Positions 29,939-40,136 of a DNA stretch of 64,000 bases are shown piece after piece; position 1 is the stretch's first letter; every line of letters begins with the position of its first letter. Location of the stretch: contig DASSSZ010000001.1 of NCBI GenBank assembly GCA_035708165.1, positions 25,772 to 89,771 of the forward strand, read 5' to 3'. The DNA comes from Minisyncoccota bacterium. GTDB taxonomy: Bacteria > Patescibacteriota > Minisyncoccia > Phycocordibacterales > UBA2100. The position numbers and the translations under genes are program-made. Under the pieces are notes generated by a model. That model was not told where the DNA came from and made no database searches. It saw nothing but the letters and a program-made list of their open reading frames with translations.

Positions 29939-30331
29939 ATGCTCTCGCGAATCATGCGTACCATCCGGTGCGCGCTCATCATGGCGGCGCCCGCGCTCGC
30001 CGCGATGCCGGTACCGGCATTCGCCATCCTGCAGCCGAACGGCATGGGTGCGCAGCACACTGCGGTCGAACGCGACCTGCTGCTTAGCCTCGTGCAGGAC
30101 CCGTATCGGGTCATCTGCACGACGCCCGGGGCGACGATCCTGCTGCTCGATGAGTGGCTCGGCTATGTCACCGTGAACGCCCTGCTGAACGGCACTCCCG
30201 GGACATGCCAGGCCGTGGATGTGCGAGCGCTCGGCAGTGCGCGCATCACGTATATCGGGGAGGCATACAAGATAGCGGTCTTCAGGATCGATATGCCGGA
30301 TGGACCGCAGTTCCTTCTCGGCGGCATGTGA
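29939..30331 (+). CDS. Orphan exported protein
   Basis: GAGGGG SD, signal peptide ending AFA, terminator at 30337-30364. Confidence 0.55.
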   Translation: MLSRIMRTIRCALIMAAPALAAMPVPAFAILQPNGMGAQHTAVERDLLLSLVQDPYRVICTTPGATILLLDEWLGYVTVNALLNGTPGTCQAVDVRALGSARITYIGEAYKIAVFRIDMPDGPQFLLGGM

Positions 30332-30382
30332 GCATGAAGCCCGGCAGCGCTGCCGGGCTTCTTTCGTACGCGCGCAGGAGCA

Positions 30383-31816
30383 TCAGAGATGCAGGCGGAT
30401 CACGCCGCTTCGCGTGCTCGACGCGATCCCTTCGAGATCATGCGTGATGCCGCTCACGGGATCGGATACGGTCGTGCTCGCCGAAGCGGAGGTGCTGGTT
30501 CCTGCAGGCTGATCGATGCTCTCTGACTCGCTCGCATCGGTCGTGCTTGCGCGCGACGGTGTGCTGCTCGCGCTCGCATCCGTGCTGCTCCGGTCCTGGC
30601 TCGGCTGGCTGGGGATGCCGTGCGCGCCATCGAGCATCGTGGAGATGCGCAGGAAATGCTCTGTGGCGGAGAAGTATGCTTGCGCGGCGACAGCATTCGC
30701 GAGGGCGCGATCGAATTCGTCGAGTGCACGCGCGGTGCTGCTCGCCGCGAGCGATGATTCTCCGGCCGCATACGCATCCTGCGCGGCCGCAAGGCGCAGC
30801 TGCGCCTTCGCGTAGCCATCGGTCGTGGTGGAGACGCCGGCGAGGTGCCGCGTGACGGTCGCGATCGCGGCCGTGGCGGCAGCCTTGGCCGCGAGGACGG
30901 CTGCCGGATCTGCCGCTATCTGTTCCTGCTGCGCCCGTGCCGCGGTAGTGCTCGCAGCGCTGCTCGAAGCTGCCGTGGCGCTCGCCGTGACCGTCGCCAT
31001 CACGGACGCGTGCATCGTTCCTGCGGTCGCAGGCGCCATCATGAGCGTGGCGTGCGCTGTCGCCGTGGCGGCAGCCGGCTCGGATGCGATCGCGAGCGAG
31101 GCGCCATCTTGCGCATTGGCCTCGCGCTGCTCCGTCTCGACGGTCGCTACGATGGCATGGAGCTGATCGCGCGTGGCCGGATCAGGAATGTCCTCCGAGA
31201 GCGCGGCGAGGATATCCGCGTGCGCCGAAAGGGTAGCGGCAAGCTTAGCGCTCGCCGCGACGGCCGCGGTGCCGGCAGCGTGCTCTTCGAGCTGCTTCGT
31301 CTTCTCTGCGGCAGCGGGGACCTGCGTATCGATATTGTGCTGCACCTCGAGCGCTGTGCTCGGGGTGAGCTTGCCCGTGGCGGCCAGCGTGGACGCCTCC
31401 TCGAGCCGCCGGCTCGCGCGCTCGACCGCCCAATCGGCTTTCGCCGAGGGGGAGAGGGCGAGCGCGCCTTGAAGCGTCTCGTTCACGTTCACCTTGAAGC
31501 CGTAGAGCGGATCGCCCGGAAGCGCTCCTTGCGCGGCGTATGCCGTGCCGCCGGTGAAGAGGAAGAGCACGATGGCAGCGAATGCCGGCACGCGCATCTG
31601 CGCGCCGTACCAGACGGCCGAGACGCTCTCCCGGCGCACTCGCGGCTCGCGTGCCGGGCGCATGGCTGCGTACTCGAAGAGGAACGCGCGCATGGCGTCC
31701 TTGCGCTCGATGTCCATGGGTTCGCGTGCCGAAACCGCCGTCCGGATGCGGCGTGCAAGGTCGCGATCGAATCGCGAGAGCCGTGCAATGAGTGCGGAAA
31801 GAGGTGACATAGGCAT
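30383..31816 (-). CDS. Putative anti-sigma factor with DUF5667 domain
   Basis: TM then AQGALPGDPLYGFKVNVNE...RRLEEA; Ala/Ser/Thr-rich tail; directly downstream of an ECF sigma. Confidence 0.8.
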   Translation of the reverse strand: MPMSPLSALIARLSRFDRDLARRIRTAVSAREPMDIERKDAMRAFLFEYAAMRPAREPRVRRESVSAVWYGAQMRVPAFAAIVLFLFTGGTAYAAQGALPGDPLYGFKVNVNETLQGALALSPSAKADWAVERASRRLEEASTLAATGKLTPSTALEVQHNIDTQVPAAAEKTKQLEEHAAGTAAVAASAKLAATLSAHADILAALSEDIPDPATRDQLHAIVATVETEQREANAQDGASLAIASEPAAATATAHATLMMAPATAGTMHASVMATVTASATAASSSAASTTAARAQQEQIAADPAAVLAAKAAATAAIATVTRHLAGVSTTTDGYAKAQLRLAAAQDAYAAGESSLAASSTARALDEFDRALANAVAAQAYFSATEHFLRISTMLDGAHGIPSQPSQDRSSTDASASSTPSRASTTDASESESIDQPAGTSTSASASTTVSDPVSGITHDLEGIASSTRSGVIRLHL

Positions 31817-31818
31817 GG

Positions 31819-32334
31819 TTACGAGCCGAAACGCTCGCGCAGGAGCTTTACGCCGCGATGGATGCGTACCGAGACGACGTTCTCGGAGAGGTCCATGACT
31901 TCGGCGATCTCCCGCGGCGAGAGGTCCTCGCAGTAGCGCAGGAGGACGCATTCGCGGTACGTCTCAGGGAGCTCGGCGATCGCGGCGCGGACCAGGTTGA
32001 TCTCGGCGAGCGCATCGCTTCCGGGCATCGCCTCATCAGCCGGGGTGAACTGCTGGTCCTCGGCCATGGCATCGAGCGAGACGCTCGGCTTTGCCCGGTA
32101 CGTATCGATGATCAGGTTGCGGGCAGTGCGGTAGAGGAATGCCTTCCATTGCGTGATCTCGCCGCCCTTCGCGCAGTAGTCCCATGTGCGGGTGAAAGTC
32201 TCCTGGACCAGGTCGTGCGCCTTCTCGCGGTCTGAGACCTTGAGAAGGATGAAGCGGAAGATGCTCTCGGCGTGCTCGTCATACGCCGAAAGGAACGCAT
32301 CCGAGAGGTCTGCTTGATAAGACGAATCCGCCAT
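31819..32334 (-). CDS. ECF RNA polymerase sigma factor
   Basis: AHDLVQETF, AFLYRTARNLIIDTYR, LPETYRE...LSPREIAEVM...VSVRIHRG. Confidence 0.94.
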   Translation of the reverse strand: MADSSYQADLSDAFLSAYDEHAESIFRFILLKVSDREKAHDLVQETFTRTWDYCAKGGEITQWKAFLYRTARNLIIDTYRAKPSVSLDAMAEDQQFTPADEAMPGSDALAEINLVRAAIAELPETYRECVLLRYCEDLSPREIAEVMDLSENVVSVRIHRGVKLLRERFGS

Positions 32335-32411
32335 GTCGTTCTTACAGACACTATAGCGGCTCGCGGGCGGAAACAGAAGGCATTCGGATGCGCGGAGTAT
32401 ACTGGATGCGT

Positions 32412-32945
32412 ATGGAGACGGCGGTATTCGGAGGCGGCTGCTTCTGGTGCACGGAAGCGGTATTCCGCGAGCTTCGGGGCGTACGCGCCGTCGAGCCGGG
32501 CTATGCCGGCGGGCATGTTGCGAATCCGAGCTACGAGGCCGTGTGTTCAGGCACGACAGGGCATGCGGAAGTGATCCGCATCGAATACGACCCGGCCGAG
32601 ATCTCGTATCATGACCTCCTCACCGTCTTCTTCGCGACGCACGACCCGACGCAGGAAAACCGGCAGGGGAATGACGTCGGCGAGCAGTATCGTTCCGCGA
32701 TCTTCTACGCGAATGATGCGCAGAAAGCGGAGGCGGAAGCGTTCATCCGCGAGCTCGGAGAAGGGAGCGCGGAGGGCGATCCGATCGTCACGGCGGTCGA
32801 GCCGCTGCATGACTACTATCCGGCGGAGGAGTACCACCGCGAGTACTTCAAGGATCATCCCGAAGCGGCGTATTGCCAGCTCGTGATCAGCCCCAAGGTA
32901 GCGAAGGTGCAGAAGGAATTCGCCGCATTATTGCGCGGCCATTGA
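32412..32945 (+). CDS. msrA: Peptide-methionine (S)-S-oxide reductase
   Basis: GGGCFWCTE, GYAGG, GHAEV, RQGNDVGEQYRS, AEEYH. Confidence 0.96.
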   Translation: METAVFGGGCFWCTEAVFRELRGVRAVEPGYAGGHVANPSYEAVCSGTTGHAEVIRIEYDPAEISYHDLLTVFFATHDPTQENRQGNDVGEQYRSAIFYANDAQKAEAEAFIRELGEGSAEGDPIVTAVEPLHDYYPAEEYHREYFKDHPEAAYCQLVISPKVAKVQKEFAALLRGH

Positions 32946-32996
32946 GGATCTCCCGCTCCGGGAAGCTTCATGGTCGCGTGCTATCATGAGATGACT

Positions 32997-33404
32997 ATGG
33001 AACGCGAGAAGACGAACGACGAATGGAGGGTGGCGCTCACGAGCGAGCAGTACGCTTCGCTGCGCGAAGGAGCGACCGAGGCGCCATTCACCGGGGCCTT
33101 GCTGCATGAGGAGCGCGATGGCAGCTTCCGCTGCGCGGCATGCGGGAATCCGCTCTTCGCATCCGATGCGAAATTCGAGTCCGGCACCGGGTGGCCGTCG
33201 TTTGATCGGGCGATTCCTGGCTCGGTGATCGAGCGGCCCGATGATTCGCACGGCATGGTGCGTACGGAGATCGCCTGCGCGAAGTGTGGCAGCCATCTCG
33301 GGCACCTCTTCGACGACGGGCCGAAGGAGACCACGGGCAAGCGCTACTGCACGAATTCAGTATGCCTCACATTCGATCCCGCGGAAACGAAAGATCATGA
33401 ATAG
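32997..33404 (+). CDS. msrB: Peptide-methionine (R)-S-oxide reductase
   Basis: ATEAPFTG, KFESGTGWPSF, CGSHLGHLFDDGP, RYCTNS. Confidence 0.96.
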   Translation: MEREKTNDEWRVALTSEQYASLREGATEAPFTGALLHEERDGSFRCAACGNPLFASDAKFESGTGWPSFDRAIPGSVIERPDDSHGMVRTEIACAKCGSHLGHLFDDGPKETTGKRYCTNSVCLTFDPAETKDHE

Positions 33405-33828
33405 GAACGCCGCAGCCGGCATCGCCGCCATCCTCATCCTCGCGTTCGGCGCGATCGCGCTCTACGAGTGGCTCGGGCCCAAAGGGAGCGTTCCCAGCGA
33501 TACGCCCGCTGCCGCGCCCGCAGCTGCCGCGACCACGACTTCGGACGTGCTCGGCACAGCGCTCGCAGACATCACGTATCAGTGCGATGCGGGCAAGACC
33601 ATCCGCGCTGTCTACTATCCGCATATCGTCATCATCGACCTTTCCGATGGCAGGGCCGCGCAGCTCATGCAGGATTCGCCGACGGATGCCGGCCGCTATG
33701 CGACTGATGACGGCGCTTTCGTATTCATGAACGGGACGGACAGCGGCGCGATGCTCATGGAGAACGGCACCCCCACGTACCGGCGGTGCCTGCCGCCCGC
33801 AGCAGCATCGAGTAGCGCAGCCGAATAG
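33397..33828 (+). CDS. Divergent MliC-like membrane-anchored protein
   Basis: TM; YQCDAGKTI...LSDGR...GRYA...FVF...C, paralogous to 15746-16246. Confidence 0.6.
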   Translation: MNRNAAAGIAAILILAFGAIALYEWLGPKGSVPSDTPAAAPAAAATTTSDVLGTALADITYQCDAGKTIRAVYYPHIVIIDLSDGRAAQLMQDSPTDAGRYATDDGAFVFMNGTDSGAMLMENGTPTYRRCLPPAAASSSAAE

Positions 33829-33899
33829 CGCCGGTGGGCGAAGCCCCCGAGGGAAGAGGCGGCCCTTCCCGCGCTCGCGCATGCTATAGTGAGCGCATC

Positions 33900-35144
33900 A
33901 TGGCGGATCGGAAGCTCTCGGAGACCCTGCGCGAGCGCGGGTATGCGTACCAGTTCTCGAGCGAGACGCTCGAAGAGATCGCGGATAGCCCCAAGACCCT
34001 CTACTGGGGCGTCGATCCATCGGCTGATTCCATGCACATCGGGCAGCTCATGGGCATGCTCGTCGTGCGGCGCTTCATCGAGGCAGGCCATCGCGTCATC
34101 TTCCTTGCCGGGGGCGCCACGGGCATGATCGGCGACCCGGGCGGCAAGAATGAGGAGCGCCCGCTGCTCGATCTCGAGACGATCAGGAAGAACGTCGCCG
34201 GGATCGAAGCGCAGGCGAAGCGCCTGCTCGACGTGGAGAACATCGAGTTCGTGAACAACGCAGAGTGGCTCGGGACGATCGGCCTCCTTGAGTTCCTGCG
34301 CGATACGGGCAAGTACGAGACCGTGAACGCAATGATCAAGCGCGAGACGGTCGCCAAGCGCATCGAGGATCCTGAGCAGAGCATCTCGTACGCGGAGTTC
34401 ACCTACATGCTCCTGCAGGCGCACGATTTCTGGCACCTGTTCACGCAGCGAGACGTGACGCTCCAGGTCGGCGCATCCGACCAGTGGGGGAATATCATCT
34501 CCGGCGTCGACCTCATCCGGCATAAGGAGGGGAAGACGGCGTACGCATTCACCTGGCCGCTCCTGATCAACAAGGCGACCGGGAAGAAGTTCGGCAAGAG
34601 CGAAGGAGGCGCGCTGTGGCTCGATGCGGCTAAGACCTCGCCCTATGAGCTCTATCAGTATCTTCTCAATAGCGAGGATGACGCCGTGGAAGAGTATCTG
34701 CTGAAGCTCACGCTCCTGCCGCTCGACGCGATCCGGGATGTCATGGCGAAGCATGCGGAAGCGCCCGAAGAGCGCATCGCGCAGCAGCGGCTCGCTGAGG
34801 AGGTGACGACGCTCGTGCACGGCGAAGGAGCGCTCGCGACGGCGAAGCGCATCTCGGAGGCGCTCTTCGCGGAGGAGCTCTCGGACGATGAGTGGCAGGC
34901 GCTCACAGAAGCGCCGAAGGCAGCGGTCGCACTCGGCACCGCGCTCGTGGACGCGCTCGTCGGGATCGGGCTCGCGAGCTCGAAACGAGAAGCGCGCGAG
35001 TTCATCCAGAACGGCGCGATCACGCTCACCGGCCGCAGGATCGCTGATACGACGCACATCCTTGCTGCGAGCGATTTCTCGCCTGCCGGCCTCGCGATCC
35101 TCAAGCGCGGCAAGCGGCAGGCGCGCGTGATCGAGGCTGCCTAG
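33900..35144 (+). CDS. tyrS: Tyrosine--tRNA ligase
   Basis: YWGVDPSADSMHIGQ, GASDQWGNI, KFGKS, C-terminal S4 domain. Confidence 0.97.
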   Translation: MADRKLSETLRERGYAYQFSSETLEEIADSPKTLYWGVDPSADSMHIGQLMGMLVVRRFIEAGHRVIFLAGGATGMIGDPGGKNEERPLLDLETIRKNVAGIEAQAKRLLDVENIEFVNNAEWLGTIGLLEFLRDTGKYETVNAMIKRETVAKRIEDPEQSISYAEFTYMLLQAHDFWHLFTQRDVTLQVGASDQWGNIISGVDLIRHKEGKTAYAFTWPLLINKATGKKFGKSEGGALWLDAAKTSPYELYQYLLNSEDDAVEEYLLKLTLLPLDAIRDVMAKHAEAPEERIAQQRLAEEVTTLVHGEGALATAKRISEALFAEELSDDEWQALTEAPKAAVALGTALVDALVGIGLASSKREAREFIQNGAITLTGRRIADTTHILAASDFSPAGLAILKRGKRQARVIEAA

Positions 35145-35184
35145 CTTCACCAGCGGTTCAGCCCGCGGCTGCTATGGTGCGTGC

Positions 35185-35397
35185 ATGCGATTGAATGCGC
35201 CGCACGGGAACAGGAAAGCCGCTGTGCCGCCGCGCGTAGCGCCGAATCTCCAGCCCCAAGTCAAGAATAAGGGAATCAAGCCGCCGAAGAAGCCTCGGAA
35301 GGCGCAGCTCGATATGCGGCGCCGGGAGGCGGAGCGTCTGCGCAAGGAAGTGGAGGCGCCGCACGCCTCGTATCCTCACGGGCACCGCGTCGAGTGA
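35185..35397 (+). CDS. Small Lys/Arg-rich hypothetical protein
   Basis: TGCTATGGT extended -10, 6 nt before ATG, as for core genes. Confidence 0.55.
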   Translation: MRLNAPHGNRKAAVPPRVAPNLQPQVKNKGIKPPKKPRKAQLDMRRREAERLRKEVEAPHASYPHGHRVE

Positions 35398-35437
35398 TGC
35401 TATACTGCGGCCGTATCAGCCGTTTTAGCAGCTCACA

Positions 35438-36061
35438 ATGAATAAGGAAACGAAAGTGGCACTCTGGGCCGTCGGCATCGTATTCGTGCTCGTTGTCATC
35501 GGCGCGGGCGTATGGATCGCCATCGGCCATAACGCACCAACTCCTATGAACGATCAGGATTCAGATCAGCAGGCGCAGGACCTCGGCATGCAGGACGTAT
35601 CCCTCGGCTCGATCGACGGCACGCAATCCGGGAGCAATGCTGCCGCCGGCTCGCCGCACGCCGCCGCGGCTCTCAGCGCGAAGGCCGGCGACACGATCAC
35701 GAATGACACGGAAGGCTTCAGCACCGTAGACGCCGGCCTTCAGGCGAAGGACGTCGTCGAGGGCACGGGCGCGCCAGTCGCGGCCGGCCAGACGGTCTTA
35801 GTCAAGTACGTCGGCTCGTTCGACAACGGCCAGGTCTTCGACAGCACGGCAACGCATGGCAACGCGCCGTTCACCTTCCAGCTGGGCGCCGGCATGGTGA
35901 TCAAGGGCTGGGATATGGGCGTCGTCGGCATGAAGCCGGGCGGCATCCGCGAGCTCATCATCAGCCCGGACCTGGGGTACGGGCCGAATGATTACGGCCC
36001 GATCCCCGGCGGCTCGACGCTGCATTTCACCGTAGAGCTGATCGGCCTCGCGCAGCAATAA
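35438..36061 (+). CDS. Membrane-anchored FKBP-type peptidyl-prolyl isomerase
   Basis: YVGSFDNGQVFDS, VIKGWDMG, LGYG, IPGGSTLHFTVEL. Confidence 0.94.
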   Translation: MNKETKVALWAVGIVFVLVVIGAGVWIAIGHNAPTPMNDQDSDQQAQDLGMQDVSLGSIDGTQSGSNAAAGSPHAAAALSAKAGDTITNDTEGFSTVDAGLQAKDVVEGTGAPVAAGQTVLVKYVGSFDNGQVFDSTATHGNAPFTFQLGAGMVIKGWDMGVVGMKPGGIRELIISPDLGYGPNDYGPIPGGSTLHFTVELIGLAQQ

Positions 36062-36132
36062 GCGAGGATGCTCGGAGAAAGCCGCCGCTGGCGGCTTTCT
36101 TTTTGCCTTGAAAAGCACTAGCATGATGCAGT

Positions 36133-38169
<2,037 letters not shown>

Positions 38170-38170
38170 C

Positions 38171-39106
38171 ATGACCTATCGGATGCAAGAGCATGTGCTC
38201 ATGACGCCCTTGACGACCTTCCGCATCGGCGGTCCGGCGCGCTGGCTCGTGGACGTGACGACGGCGGCCGATATACGGCGCGCGCTCGATTTCGCGCGCA
38301 CGGAGGATGTCCCGTTCGCGATCCTCGGCGAAGGGAGCAACGTGCTCGTCTCGGACGCGGGCTTCCAGGGCCTCGTCATCCACCTCGATGGCGGGCGGCA
38401 CCGCGTCGTCGGCGAATACGTCTATGCCGAGGCGGGCGCTAATCTCGAAGCCCTGATCCGCGAATCCTCAGCGGCCGGGTTGACTGGCTGGGAATCGCTC
38501 GCCGGCATCCCGGGTACGATCGGCGGCGCGGTGCGCGGCAATGCCGGGGCATTCGGCACGGAGATCAAGGATGTGCTCGTGAGCGCGCGTGCCATGGATG
38601 CCGCGACCGGCGCGCTCTACGATTTCAGCGCGGACGCGTGCGAGTTCGAGTACCGCGACAGCATCTTCAAGCGCGAGACGAAATGGATCATCACGCACGC
38701 GGTCTTCAGGCTCTCAGAGGGCGATCGCGAGAAGAGCGCTGAGAAGATCGCGCATACCATCGAGGAGCGCGAGCGGCGGCACCTCCAGCGCGTTCGCGCT
38801 GCTGGCTCGTTCTTCAAGAACCCGACAGCGCCTCCGGCAGTGCGCGCCCTTTTCGAGTACGAGAAGGACACGAAATGCGTCGCGAGGCGCGTGCCGGCAG
38901 GCTGGCTCATCGAGAAGGTCGGCGGGAAGGGGATGAGGATCGGCGGCGTCTTGGCGAGCCAGCAGCACCCGAACTATCTCACGAATTTCACTGGAGATGC
39001 GCAGGCTGCGGACGTGATCGCGCTTGCCCGCGAGCTGCGGGAGAAGGTCCGCGACCGCTACAAGATCGCGCTCGAGCCCGAGGTGAGCCTGATCGGCTTC
39101 GAATGA
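38171..39106 (+). CDS. murB: UDP-N-acetylmuramate dehydrogenase
   Basis: TTFRIGGPA, GEGSNVL, GIPGTIGGAVRGNAGAFG, YRDSIFK, AGSFFKNP, LEPEV. Confidence 0.95.
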   Translation: MTYRMQEHVLMTPLTTFRIGGPARWLVDVTTAADIRRALDFARTEDVPFAILGEGSNVLVSDAGFQGLVIHLDGGRHRVVGEYVYAEAGANLEALIRESSAAGLTGWESLAGIPGTIGGAVRGNAGAFGTEIKDVLVSARAMDAATGALYDFSADACEFEYRDSIFKRETKWIITHAVFRLSEGDREKSAEKIAHTIEERERRHLQRVRAAGSFFKNPTAPPAVRALFEYEKDTKCVARRVPAGWLIEKVGGKGMRIGGVLASQQHPNYLTNFTGDAQAADVIALARELREKVRDRYKIALEPEVSLIGFE

Positions 39107-39172
39107 TGCTGCGAGGGATAGCACTGGCTATGAGAAAGGCCGCTCGAGAGCGGCCTTTCATATGCGGCATGA

Positions 39173-39523
39173 CTAATGCCTCGTGAATTCGCCGATCACC
39201 AGAAGCCCGCTCGATGAGAGCGCGAACTGCTCGGGATGGAGGTACTGCTCCACCAGGCCGCGCCGGATGAGCTCCGCAGCCGTCTCGCGTGCTACAGGGA
39301 TCGTCTTCCATTCGAGCACCGCGCCCGTCAGGCGGTCGCACTGCTCGATCCGGATGGTCGGCATCCCGAAGCCATTGCATATGAGCAGGCGGTCTTCGCA
39401 ATCGCAGTTGCGGCCGTCTACCTGCAAGAGCAGCATCGCCACCTCGCAATCGCTGACGGGCTCGAGCTCGCGCTTGTGCGCCCTGATCTCCGCATCGGCG
39501 ATCATGGCGATAGTCGGTTCCAT
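39173..39523 (-). CDS. Orphan 116-aa protein
   Basis: AAGGAG SD before MEPTIAM; fills the intergenic gap. Confidence 0.6.
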   Translation of the reverse strand: MEPTIAMIADAEIRAHKRELEPVSDCEVAMLLLQVDGRNCDCEDRLLICNGFGMPTIRIEQCDRLTGAVLEWKTIPVARETAAELIRRGLVEQYLHPEQFALSSSGLLVIGEFTRH

Positions 39524-39682
39524 GCGATTCTCCTTCGGAACGATCTTCTGCCAGTATGCTGCCGCCCGCAGCATGGAGAGCGCATGAATGCCCCTGAGCA
39601 TTCATCTGAGCGCACTGGAGCGCATGCTTGACAGGAGCGCTCTGCGAAGTACTTTTGCACCAGCACTAGAAGGAGCCATCGA

Positions 39683-40039
39683 ATGATAACCCGAGGAATC
39701 ATGACGGGATTGCGCGCGCTGATCCGCGATCCGTGGGCCGGCAGCGAGGACTGTTACGCAGGAGCGTACCGGGATCAGTTCGAGCAGCTTGCCGATTCGC
39801 TTTCGACGCCCGACCAGCATCTCCGAGCCCGCTTCAATCCGCGCGACACGCACGTCGAGCTCTATGCGTCGTCCGGCGCTGCAGCCGGAACGGTCATGGC
39901 CTCGGTGCGGATCTTCGGCGAGGCGTGCGTGCCGTATCAAGCGGAGGTATGGTCGCCGCATTTCGCTGAGCAGCTTCCGCTGTTCACGCTCATACTCGGC
40001 CTGCCGGTCTCCCATGTACGGATGGATCTCGTTCCCTGA
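39683..40039 (+). CDS. Orphan ~115-aa protein
   Basis: TTGACA-16-TACTTT promoter, AAGGAG SD (alternative start 39701 with GAGGA), terminator-like hairpin after the stop. Confidence 0.6.
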   Translation: MITRGIMTGLRALIRDPWAGSEDCYAGAYRDQFEQLADSLSTPDQHLRARFNPRDTHVELYASSGAAAGTVMASVRIFGEACVPYQAEVWSPHFAEQLPLFTLILGLPVSHVRMDLVP

Positions 40040-40136
40040 ACTCCCGAAAGCCGCCCTTGGGCGGCTTTCTCATCGGATGCCGTTCTGTGGTATAGTGCCT
40101 CCGTTACCCTCACATCCATGTGAGGGCCGCCATGTT

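Noticed and set aside
30450-31110. Ala/Ser/Thr low-complexity repeats in the anti-sigma tail
   Set aside because: Protein-level compositional bias, not a DNA tandem repeat array
39789-40136. Apparent 116-aa N-terminal extension of UvrA (similarly for MurB, DnaX, TyrS)
   Set aside because: The UvrA extension crosses another ORF, a terminator and a promoter; in each case downstream ATGs fit better
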